DNA of 64,000 bases, taken from positions 320,001 to 384,000 of the forward strand of contig CAVUWV010000010.1 in NCBI GenBank assembly GCA_963745075.1, written 5' to 3'. Below are positions 1-8,781 of this stretch, piece after piece. The first letter of the stretch is position 1, and each line of letters opens with the position of its first letter. The DNA is from Candidatus Hydrogenedentota bacterium (GTDB taxonomy: Bacteria; Hydrogenedentota; Hydrogenedentia; Hydrogenedentales; SLHB01). Below the pieces are notes generated by a model. The model searched no databases. It was not told the DNA's origin and saw only the letters and a program-made list of their open reading frames with translations. Made by a program: the position numbers and the translations under genes.

Positions 1-363
1 GTGCCCCGGGTTGGCAAGCTGCCCGCGTTCTCGGAATTGGGGTGTATCGAATACGTTGATTCCGTTCTTTCCTATGCTCCACCCGAAGACAGCGCCAGTC
101 TCCGAACTCTTCTCAACGTTCTTTACTTTGCGCCTTCGTTTCTGCTCCGGTATCTCATCCGCGCCATGGCCAATCCCGACCGCTATCCAAAATTTATCGC
201 GACCAATCTACGTCTGGTGGACATGGGCGTTCGCGGGGTTGTGCTTTCCTTGTATTATTCCGGACGGACCAGCGCGGAGTATCGCGGGCAAACACCGCAC
301 GAGTTGATGGGATACGAGGTCCATCGCGTCCCGCGTGAAATTGCCGCGAGTACCGCCCAGTAA
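1..363 (+). CDS. Hypothetical protein, 3' part (probably truncated by the window edge)
   Basis: Open frame from position 1 to TAA at 361-363 with protein-like composition; no family recognised. Confidence 0.55.
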   Translation: MPRVGKLPAFSELGCIEYVDSVLSYAPPEDSASLRTLLNVLYFAPSFLLRYLIRAMANPDRYPKFIATNLRLVDMGVRGVVLSLYYSGRTSAEYRGQTPHELMGYEVHRVPREIAASTAQ

Positions 364-442
364 CCGGTACGGCACCACGCGATTGCGAACCGTTCGCCAA
401 ACCATGCAACAATTCCGTCGGCTCGGGTATAATTAGATCATC

Positions 443-2058
443 ATGAATGGAGCCGACTCCTTCGTCGAACAACACTCGCCTGCTTCGGGCCCTTCTTCCA
501 TGCGTTTGACCGCGTCACTGTCATTGGCATGCATCGTCTTCATTTCGGGTGGCGCCGTCATGATCTACGAATTCCTCGCCGTTCGTATCCTGCAGCGTTT
601 CGTCGGCGGGACGCTCGACGTGTGGGGCGCGGAGATCTCTATTTGTCTTGCGGGTCTGGCGCTGGGGTACTCCCTCGGAGGGTACATCGCCGACCGGTAT
701 CGTGCATGGCTCCCGTTGGGTATCGTGTTGGTTATTGCCGGCGGTACGGCGGTGTTTATGGAGCCCCTCGCTTTTCTTGTCGATCGGAATCTGCCCAAGT
801 CCGGCGAAATGGTGGCTTGGTGGGAACCCTTGTTCTATGCCGGCGTCTGCACGTTCATCCCGCTGTTGGCCCTCGGTACCGTCATGCCCCAGGCGATACG
901 ACTCGCCGTGCGCAGCATGGATCGGGTGGGGTCGGGCGCGGGTTGGGTTGCGACCATTTCAACCACGGGCAGTATCTGTGGTGCGCTGCTCGCCGCGATG
1001 GCCTTCATTCCGTGGGGCGTGCGCGAATCGATCTATGCGACCTCTGCAATGCTTGTCGCAACCGGTCTTGTCATCGTCGTTTGTTACGGGAATTCGTCGC
1101 GCCGGGCGCGTGGCAGCGGTAACGCTGTTGATTGGGTCTTTCGGCGTTGCGCCCGCGGCAGCGGAAACGATCTACGAGAACTACAGCGCGTATCATCACA
1201 TTCTGGTGCGCGACGAGGGGCATAGCCGCACGTTGCTCTTCGACGACTCGCCGCAGACCACCATGGATTTGCGCGACCCTTTCGCGGGCGGGTTCGAATA
1301 TACCGAGTTCTTCCACTTGTCCATGGTGCTCGATCCGACGATCCACGATGTCCTTTTCGTGGGGCTTGGGCGGCGGTACGGGGCCGAAGGCGTTTCTTCG
1401 GCATTACCCCGAAATCCAAATCGACGTAGCCGAAATCGACCCGGAGGTGGTCAAGGTCGCGCAGCGGTTTTTCGACGTCCCCGAGGACAATCGTCTCCGC
1501 ATCGTGACGACGGACGGACGAACCTTTCTTCAACGCACGCGAAACACATACGGCGCCATTGTCATGGATGCTTATGGGTCGGGACCGAACGGCGCCTACT
1601 TGCCGTACCATCTGGCGACGCTCGAGTTCTTCCGCGTCGCCTACGAACACATCGTGAATGGGGGTTGCCTTGTGTACAACGTCATGGGAACGTACGGCGG
1701 TCAGAACGACGATATCGTGCGTGGAATGGTGGCCACGTTGGAACAGGTGTTCCAGCAAGTGTATGTGTTCGAGGCGGAATCGAGCTACAACACCGTGTTC
1801 GTCGCGCAGAAGATTGTGGAGAGCGCCTTGGCGGAGAACCGTACCCGCGATGGCACGCCGTGGCCGAAGGGGCCGTGGCTGGCCCATCCCGCGGATTTTG
1901 GTCAACTCGTCGAAACGCTCCAACAACAGGGGCAATACATCCCGCCCAATTTCGCAAAACGGCTGACGCAGATCTCGAAAGTGCAGAACGCCCCCCGCGA
2001 CGGCACGGTGTACACCGACAACAACGCCCCCGTCGATCTCGCGCCGGATCGCCGGTAA
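443..2058 (+). CDS. Membrane domain fused to a spermidine synthase-like SAM methyltransferase (frameshifted in this assembly)
   Basis: TM region 'VFISGGAVMIYEFLAVR...GYSLGGYIADR' (443-~1090), then 'SAYHHILVRDEG..RTLLFDDSPQT' in a second frame, then 'GLGGGTGPK...EIDPEVVKVAQRFF...DGRTFL...IVMDAY...TDNNAPVD' in the 1132..2058 frame. Shifts near 1100 and 1368. Confidence 0.8.
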
Positions 2059-2069
2059 GCCCCAAGGCA

Positions 2070-2634
2070 AAATTCGAAATTCGAAGCACGAAATCCGAAA
2101 CAAATTCCAATGACGTAAATCCCAATGACCGAAACATGCGCCTGGGCTCATGGCAGGGAAATTGTCTGGCGTTTCCCGTAATGCGCAGAGTCCCGGTAGG
2201 GGCGGCCGGTCCCTCAGCCCAGCGCGGCAAGGCCGCAACCAAAAGAGAGTTTGTCCACCGATTGCACAGATTTGCACCGATTGAGACTGCATGCAACTGA
2301 TTCACGTTGACTCGACGACCTTGGCCTGAAAGGCCGCAAACATGATAGCTCGGGGCAGAGCGAAGCGGCGCCCCGAGTACAGGTGCACCCCACCTCGTCA
2401 CGCGCTGAAAGTGCAAAATAGACATCAAGGTCTGCATCGTTATCCGGGCCTGTAAGCGAAAGTACCCAAATGCGATACGTGCTCCATCCAAAGCAAAATG
2501 CGAAAGCTTTTTACGATCTTGGCGGATAGGTACCCAGCGCGGCATTGCCGCAACCAAATTCGAAATTCGAAGCACGAAATGCGAAACAAATTCAAATGAC
2601 CCAAATCCCAATGACCGAAACATGCGCCTGGGCT
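2070..2634. repeat. Two 79-bp direct repeats (2070-2148 and 2556-2634) of the AAATTCGAAATTCGAAGCACGAAATCCGAAACAAAT family
   Basis: 75/79 identical by eye; related copies at 21375-21420 (inverted) and 34247-34412. Confidence 0.85.
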
Positions 2635-2942
2635 GACCTGGATGGCTGCGTTCGGTAGCGTTAAGGACTCGTACCCGGTGCGCTACCGGGCGGCCGTTCC
2701 GTGCCTGTAGCCGTTGCCGGAATTCGTCTCGACCGATACGCGTCGCGGTCCCCGTATCAATCGCAGCAAGTCGGCGCAGGAGTTTCGTGTCCCACGCATC
2801 GGCGACGACGACATCCGCGCGCAATGAATGGTTACTGTCCCCAATTATTCCTTATTCCCCAGCGCATCGGCAACGTCCACATCCGCGCAATAAGGGGTGC
2901 CGTGTCCAATTATTCGAATTATTCGGTGGCGAAGCTCGGTGT

Positions 2943-3791
2943 GCCCCAACGGGGCTCTGGGCTCTCAGCCCCAGGTTGCGCGGCACGTCGAGCCACGCGA
3001 GACGCAGGCGCGCTACCTGGGGTATGGTTGTGGATATCGATCGGGTTAGCCCAACGGGCTTATGGCCTGTTTGTTACCAAATTGACCCGGGGAGGATTCT
3101 CGCATGCCGCAATCGTTGTCTGCCGTGTTTGTGCATCTGGTCTGGTCCACCAAGGATCGCAAACCGTGGCTACGTGATCCGACGGTCCGCACGCGCCTCC
3201 ATGCGTATTTGGGCGGCGTCTCGCGGGAAATGCAGTGTCCTCCTGTCATTGTCGGCGGGGTGGACGATCATGTCCATGTCCTGGGGCAACTGGGCCGCGA
3301 GGTGTCCATCGCGGGATGGGTGAAGGAGTTGAAGCGCGTTTCCAGCATCTGGATGAAGGACGTCGATACCGAGTTCAAGGGGTTCTATTGGCAGGGGGGA
3401 TACGGGGCGTTTTCGGTCAGCCAATCAAACCTCGCGCGCGTGGAGAAGTACATCGTGGATCAAGAAACGCATCACGCGAAGTTCTCGTTCCAGGACGAAT
3501 TGCGCACGCTCTTTCGCAAACACGGGATCGAGTGGGATGAACGGTATGTTTGGGATTGAGGCCGCAACCCCTTCGGGGTAATCCCTATGATACGCCATCT
3601 TTTCCCCAGGTAGCGCTACGGCGTCGTATCGACACCGCCGCGCAACCACGCCATGGCGTGGCTGAGAGCCCAATGTCCCGTTGGGACACAAGAATTCGGT
3701 GGAGTCGCAATTCCGCAACCCGCAGGGGCTGAGAGCCGGACGTCTTGTTGGGACACAAATCCGAAGCGGAGTTGCAATTCCGCGGTCCGCA
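2943..3791. repeat. REP-like inverted flanks and a ~68-bp tandem duplication around the Y1 transposase
   Basis: GCCCCAACGGGGCTCTGGGCTCTCAGCC (~2943-2970) is an imperfect inverted match to GGCTGAGAGCCCAATGTCCCGTTGGGAC (~3660-3687); the latter unit recurs degenerately at ~3727-3791. Confidence 0.7.
3104..3559 (+). mobile_element. tnpA: IS200/IS605-family Y1 (HUH) transposase, RAYT-like
   Basis: 'VHLVWSTKDR', HUH motif 'DHVHVL', 'WQGGYGAFSVS', catalytic 'YIxxQ'; GGAGG RBS; no tnpB nearby. Confidence 0.92.
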
Positions 3792-3958
3792 CGTCATCTT
3801 CGCGCACGCGGGGACTGAATTCATGCGCCTCGATTTCTTAATTCGTAGTCTGTTAGCATGCATAGGTTGCGAGGTCACTAAGGAAAGAAAAGTGGGAAGT
3901 CTGCCTTACACTAAGTGCAAGGGGCGTATGGAGCGCCCATCACAGAAGGAGACTTCCC

Positions 3959-4984
3959 ATGAACACGACTCAAGCGTATCACTTCATCGGCCTGGACATC
4001 CACAAGCGGACCATTGCGTTTTGCGAGAAGGACCCGTTGGGCAACGTGGCGGATCGGGGGACGATCGGTGCGCGCAAGGAGGAACTGGTGGCGTTTGCGA
4101 CCTCTCGCACGCGGCCCTTCGTCGCGGGCATCGAGGCGACCTTGTTTACCGGTTGGGTCTACGACGCCCTGTTGCCGTACGCAGCCGAGCTTCACGTGGG
4201 ACATCCGCGCCGGCTCAAGGCGCTGTCGAAGAACAAGAACGACCGCATCGACGCCGAAATGCTGGCCAACCTGCTGCGGGCCGACCTGTTTCCCTCGTGC
4301 TACATGGCCTCGGCCGAGGTGCGCGAGTTACGGCGGATTCTGCGGTACCGCAACTTCCTGGTCGGACACGCCACCCGCATGAAGAACAAGGCGTCGGGCA
4401 TTCTGATGGAGACGGGCGTGGAGTACGCCAAATCCAAACTGCACGGAAAGAAGTACTTCTCCGAGCTGGTGGACAGCCTGGAAGACGTGCCACCGTCGGT
4501 GGTCAACTTGTTACGCATGACTCGGACCAATCTCGAATTGTTCACGGCCGCCCAGCGCCACTTGCTCGATGTCTTGACCCGGCATGCCGCCTTGTGCGAC
4601 CGGGTGACCCTGCTCCAGTCGGTGGGCGGCGTGGGCCAGGTTACGGCGCTGACCTGGGCCCTCGAGATCGACGACCCGCATCGCTTTTCCAACATCCGGC
4701 GCGCGCAGAGTTACTGCGGGTTGTGCTCGGCCCAACACGAGTCGGGCGACAAACAGTGGCGCATGCCCTTGTCCAAAGAACGCAACCCCCACTTACAGTC
4801 CATTCTCATCGAAGCGGCCAAGCTGGCGCCGTCCAAACACGCCCACTTGACGCGCATACGCGAGCAAGCCATAGTTCGGGGATACAACAAGAACCGCGCG
4901 ACCCTGGCCGTGGCGCGCAAACTGGTGGCCTATCTGTTGGCCGTGGACAAATCCGGGCAGCCCTTCATAGCGCCCGAGGTGTAG
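3959..4984 (+). CDS. IS110-family DEDD transposase/recombinase
   Basis: 'FIGLDIHK' (D), 'GIEAT' (E), 'KNDRIDA' (D,D); C-terminal 'SVGGVG..TA', 'YCGL.S.QHESG' (Ser) and 'AVARKL'. Confidence 0.95.
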   Translation: MNTTQAYHFIGLDIHKRTIAFCEKDPLGNVADRGTIGARKEELVAFATSRTRPFVAGIEATLFTGWVYDALLPYAAELHVGHPRRLKALSKNKNDRIDAEMLANLLRADLFPSCYMASAEVRELRRILRYRNFLVGHATRMKNKASGILMETGVEYAKSKLHGKKYFSELVDSLEDVPPSVVNLLRMTRTNLELFTAAQRHLLDVLTRHAALCDRVTLLQSVGGVGQVTALTWALEIDDPHRFSNIRRAQSYCGLCSAQHESGDKQWRMPLSKERNPHLQSILIEAAKLAPSKHAHLTRIREQAIVRGYNKNRATLAVARKLVAYLLAVDKSGQPFIAPEV

Positions 4985-4998
4985 GAGGTTTTCACATA

Positions 4999-5186
4999 CG
5001 GTTCTCCTGCCGCCGTATCCCGCCGATTAGGGACTGGGCAAGGGACACAAATCCCGATACCCCCGTAGTCTGTTTCGGGCGCGGCGGCTCTCCCAAACGC
5101 AAACATCGGACCCACGCCGTCAACGTGGTATCTGCAAATGGATGTCTGGTTGCGAGAACCTATCTCGTCAGCAAAACGGAGAACCG
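4999..5186. ncRNA. Candidate bridge/seek-RNA in the IS110 right non-coding end
   Basis: Closed by CGGTTCTCC (4999-5007)/GGAGAACCG (5178-5186); contains exact copies of both element junctions (5064-5074 and 5138-5146). Strand not established. Confidence 0.5.
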
Positions 5187-5527
5187 GAAACGACGTGATG
5201 GCGCGGCGCGCGAAACCAACCCGCGGACCGCGAAGGGGGAGTACTGCCCGAACGACGGCGGCCCGGTCGCACTGCGCTGCCTCCGACGAGCTATACGCAA
5301 GCTACCCATTCTCGGCACCGCACTACGCCCAGGCCGCCTAAGTCTCCGCCCAACAATCAGCTACCTCTTCGCCCCAAAGACGCCCAACCGACGGAATGGC
5401 AAACCGCCCGCTTTGCCTCTTGACTTATACCTATCATGGATGTCCCCAATAAGAAATCGCTATCGCGTCCGCATCGCGGGGCCGGTATCGCTCGGGCGCG
5501 AAGCGGGTTCCCACGACGGAGTGCCGC

Positions 5528-6829
5528 ATGACGCAACATCCCCCTTCCGGAACGCTGCTCGCAAAGGCCTACGCGGAAACTCCCGGACTGCCCGTCGAAC
5601 GGTGTTACGTCGGAACCGACGCCGCCGCGCAACTCGCGGTCTTCGCAAAGGAACGGTGCGGCGGGGCATGCCTCGTGGTCTCGGATACGAACACGCGCGC
5701 AGCCGCGGCCGAACCCGTGTTGCGTGCACTTACCGGTGGCGGAATTGCCGTCACCGAAAAGACCTTCGACGATCCGCACCTCGATGCGACGGAAGCCCTC
5801 GGGGACGCCGTCGCCGAGGCCGGTACCGGTTGTGATTTCTTCGTCGCCATCGGTTCGGGCACGGTCTGCGATCTCGCCAAACACGCAGGCACAAAGAACG
5901 AGCGTCCGGTCCTGCTCTTCGCTTCGGCCGCCAGCATGAACGGATACACCTCCGGGATCACGGCCGTCAAAGTTCGCGGCCTGAAACGGACGGTTTCCTG
6001 CACGCCTGCATTGGGCGTGTTCGCGGATCCCGCCATCGTCGCTGCCGCGCCGCCGCGCATGGTCGCCGCGGGCGTCGCCGATTTCCTGTCCAAATGTTCG
6101 GCGGGCGCAGATTGGCGCACCGCCAATATCCTTCGCGGCGAGTACTACGATGAGCATGCGCTGCGCTTTTACGAGGGCATCCTCGAACAGATCCTGGATT
6201 CAGCCGAAGCGATCGGGAGGGGGGAGCCCGAAGCGGTGGGCGTCATCCTCGAAGCACTGATGTTGTCCGGCCTCTCCATGCTGGTGGCAGGTTCCTCGTC
6301 CCCCGCGTCGGGCGGCGAGCATTTGCTCTCCCACTACCTCGACATGAAACAGGCCTTGTACGGCACGCCGCACGATCTCCACGGCGCGCAAGTCGGCGTG
6401 GGGACCGTGCACTGCCTTCGCCTGTGGGAGAAAGTCCTCGCCCTCGACCCCACGACCATCGATCCCGATGCCTTGGTCGCGCGACAACCCAGCGACGAAC
6501 AAGTCCGCGAATGGGCCTTGGCCGATTGGGGCGACGCCGTCGGAGAAGAAGTCCTTGCACAGTGGAAAGAAAAGTCACTGCCCCCCGATCTCATGCGGGC
6601 GGAGATTATGCGGTTCCGTGACGGATTGCCCGAGATCGCCGAATCCGTCAGCCGCGATCTCTTGCCGTCGCGCGCGGTCGAAGGCGCCATCCGCCAAGCC
6701 GGCGGTCCCACCAAACCCGAGGACATGGACGCGCCCCTCGAGGAATACCAGAACGCATTACAGTTCGCGCGATTCATCCGCAGCCGGTTTACGATCCTGG
6801 ACCTTGCCGCGGAATTGGGGGTAGATTAG
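5528..6829 (+). CDS. sn-glycerol-1-phosphate dehydrogenase-like protein (AraM/EgsA type, Fe-ADH/DHQS fold)
   Basis: 'AIGSGTVCDLAK', 'ASMNGYTS', 'SSPASGGEHLLSHY', 'HGAQVGVG'. Confidence 0.85.
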   Translation: MTQHPPSGTLLAKAYAETPGLPVERCYVGTDAAAQLAVFAKERCGGACLVVSDTNTRAAAAEPVLRALTGGGIAVTEKTFDDPHLDATEALGDAVAEAGTGCDFFVAIGSGTVCDLAKHAGTKNERPVLLFASAASMNGYTSGITAVKVRGLKRTVSCTPALGVFADPAIVAAAPPRMVAAGVADFLSKCSAGADWRTANILRGEYYDEHALRFYEGILEQILDSAEAIGRGEPEAVGVILEALMLSGLSMLVAGSSSPASGGEHLLSHYLDMKQALYGTPHDLHGAQVGVGTVHCLRLWEKVLALDPTTIDPDALVARQPSDEQVREWALADWGDAVGEEVLAQWKEKSLPPDLMRAEIMRFRDGLPEIAESVSRDLLPSRAVEGAIRQAGGPTKPEDMDAPLEEYQNALQFARFIRSRFTILDLAAELGVD

Positions 6830-7100
6830 GAGGATCTGACCGATCTGACCGTTCCGTCCGAAGAATTTCTGGCCTGCTGTGCCGGTTACTTAATCCGCAA
6901 TTCCCACCGCCCCGAAAGTCGTCGTCTTGCGGATCACGCCGTGGCGTGATGAGAAATGCTTTCGAGAAAAACTGTAGGCTCACTGTTGAGGGATTCTCAC
7001 ACGCACTCCGTGAGCCCAAAAAGCTCGGACCTACACGCCAGGCCCCACAGCGGTTTGGGATACCGGTCCGACGTTTGGTGCGTGTGGGAATTCCGGGTTA

Positions 7101-7149
7101 ACCACGTCTTTGGCGCGCTCGACAATCCGGGAAGCGGTTCCGTAATTCA
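7101..7149 (-). repeat. 49-bp diverged copy of the clpP 3' end (matches 7944-7992)
   Basis: 43/49 identical; in the clpP frame it reads YGTASRIVERAKDVV versus YGIVSRIVERAKDVV. Confidence 0.85.
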
Positions 7150-7836
7150 GTCCGCCCGGCGTCGCGCCACGACGAAAAAACAGTCGCTCGCGCGGGGCAT
7201 CGCGCGCGCGATGACTGCGCGCAGGGCGGCCTTTACCGGATTGACCGGCGGGTTGTGCATGGCAAATCGGCGTTCGAGCAAATCAAACCGCGGGCTCAAC
7301 AGCGAGCCGACCTCCTCGGCTGTGTAGAAAACGGAGCAATTCACCATGAACGCCTTGTTCTCGAGCGCGTTGTATTCATTGAACCACCGGAACGGATTGC
7401 GCCCGAACAGGGCATCGAGCCGCCGGCCAAAGGAGACAGCGTTCGGCGCTTCGACCACGAGCACACCGGCCGGCCGCAGCACGCGCGCTATTTCCCCGAT
7501 GACGTGATGCGGGTTGTAGAGGTGTTCAATGACGGATGCGAACAGGATGAGGTCTATCGAGCCGACTTCATAGGGCAGCGGCTCGTTGTCGACATTGCAG
7601 GCGGTCGTGTGGATACCATGTGCCGCGCCGCGGGCCACATCGTCCCCTTGATCGACGGCAAACAACTCGCCGGCGAAGCGCTCACGGAGTATCTCCGCCA
7701 AGCCGAATACGTCGCCCCCGCCCCCGATGTCCAGACAGCGATCCACCTTCTCCGGAACGTGCTTCGACAATAGTTCCAATAGGGCGCGTCGACGCTTGTG
7801 ATGAAATCGCCTGTATTCTTCGCGTGTCGGGCCCAT
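7147..7836 (-). CDS. Class I SAM-dependent methyltransferase
   Basis: 'CLDIGGGGD', 'DLILFASVIEHLYNP', 'RVLRPAGVLVVEAPN'. Confidence 0.85.
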   Translation of the reverse strand: MGPTREEYRRFHHKRRRALLELLSKHVPEKVDRCLDIGGGGDVFGLAEILRERFAGELFAVDQGDDVARGAAHGIHTTACNVDNEPLPYEVGSIDLILFASVIEHLYNPHHVIGEIARVLRPAGVLVVEAPNAVSFGRRLDALFGRNPFRWFNEYNALENKAFMVNCSVFYTAEEVGSLLSPRFDLLERRFAMHNPPVNPVKAALRAVIARAMPRASDCFFVVARRRAD

Positions 7837-7933
7837 GACTCCTCCCCGTCCGGCCCCACCCTACCGGCAGAACAGAAAAGGAGTCAACGCCGCCCCGTTG
7901 GCGATCCTCCTCGCTCCCGTCCGACTCGGAAGA

Positions 7934-8521
7934 TTACTTCTTCACCACGTCTTTGGCGCGTTCGACGATCCGGGAAACGATCCCGTATTTCACCGCTTCC
8001 TCGGCGGACATCCAGTAGTTGCGGTCACTGTCTTTCACGACTTTCGCCACGTCCTGTCCCGTTTCCTTGGCGATGAGTTCGTTGAGCCGCTGCCGAATGC
8101 GCATGATTTCCTGGGCTTCGATACGGATGTCCTGGAGATGGCCGCCCGCCCCGCCGCTGGGCTGGTGGAGAAGAAACCGCGTGTTCGGCAGGCACACGCG
8201 ATGGCTCTTGTCCGGCGCGCCCAACATAATCGGCACCGCAATACTCGCCACCCAGCCTGCGCCAATGGTATAAATCGGCGATTCCACGTAGCGAAGGACA
8301 TCGTGAATGGCGTATCCGGAATCCACGTGTCCGCCTTGCGACGTGATGATGACGCGGATGGGGTCCTTGTTCTCGTTGTCCAACACCACCAGTTGCGAGA
8401 TCACGCGTTCCGCCATTTCCTGGTCGACCTGGCCGGAAAGCACAATCGTGCGCGTTTTGAGCAGATAACCGGTCATTCCGTCTTTTTTCTGCTCGTCATC
8501 GTTCTTTTCGGGGCATTCCAT
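7934..8521 (-). CDS. clpP: ATP-dependent Clp protease proteolytic subunit (Asn in place of the catalytic Asp)
   Basis: 'ITSQGG', 'GWVASIA' (Ser), 'FLLHQPSGG' (His), 'DRNYWMSAEEAVKYGI'. Confidence 0.93.
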   Translation of the reverse strand: MECPEKNDDEQKKDGMTGYLLKTRTIVLSGQVDQEMAERVISQLVVLDNENKDPIRVIITSQGGHVDSGYAIHDVLRYVESPIYTIGAGWVASIAVPIMLGAPDKSHRVCLPNTRFLLHQPSGGAGGHLQDIRIEAQEIMRIRQRLNELIAKETGQDVAKVVKDSDRNYWMSAEEAVKYGIVSRIVERAKDVVKK

Positions 8522-8722
8522 TCCTGAACCTCGCTTTCCGGATACACGTGGAGGGGTTTTCCAATGCAGACATGCACGCCTTCATGCAACGGCGAATATT
8601 GTGCCATCCGCCCCCAAAACAGTTCAACCGAAGGCCCGAAGCCGCTTAGCGCCGCCCCATTTCATGGCCTTGGGTGCCGTGTCCACAATTGAGGCAGTCC
8701 AATTGTGAATAAAGATGTTAAT

Positions 8723-8773
8723 TGTGGTGCAGGCTTCCAGCCTGCGAAGCGGGCAGGCTGGAAGCCTGCACCA
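8723..8773. repeat. REP-like palindrome GTGGTGCAGGCTTCCAGCCTGC...GCAGGCTGGAAGCCTGCACCAC
   Basis: Perfect 22-bp inverted repeat just 3' of the GT9 gene. Confidence 0.8.
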
Positions 8774-8781
8774 CAACCAAA

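Larger units (their letters stand above)
3845..5443 (+). mobile_element. IS110-family insertion sequence (inferred ends, GT core)
   Basis: GT at 3845-3846 and 5442-5443; joining the ends gives TTGACT-17bp-TAGTCT; removing the element restores a palindromic site. Confidence 0.72.

Noticed and set aside
3660..3791. Tandem ~68-bp repeat as a CRISPR array
   Set aside because: Only two degenerate units, no unique spacers, and no cas genes in the window.
3104..3960. IS605-type TnpB/omegaRNA system
   Set aside because: No TnpB or IscB ORF; the downstream gene is an independent IS110 recombinase.
3745..5835. 696-aa ORF
   Set aside because: Off-frame shadow of the IS110 transposase and the dehydrogenase; Arg/Pro-rich with no motifs.
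7101..7992. clpP 3'-end duplication as a DGR template/variable repeat pair
   Set aside because: Mismatches are not confined to adenines on either strand, and no reverse transcriptase is present.
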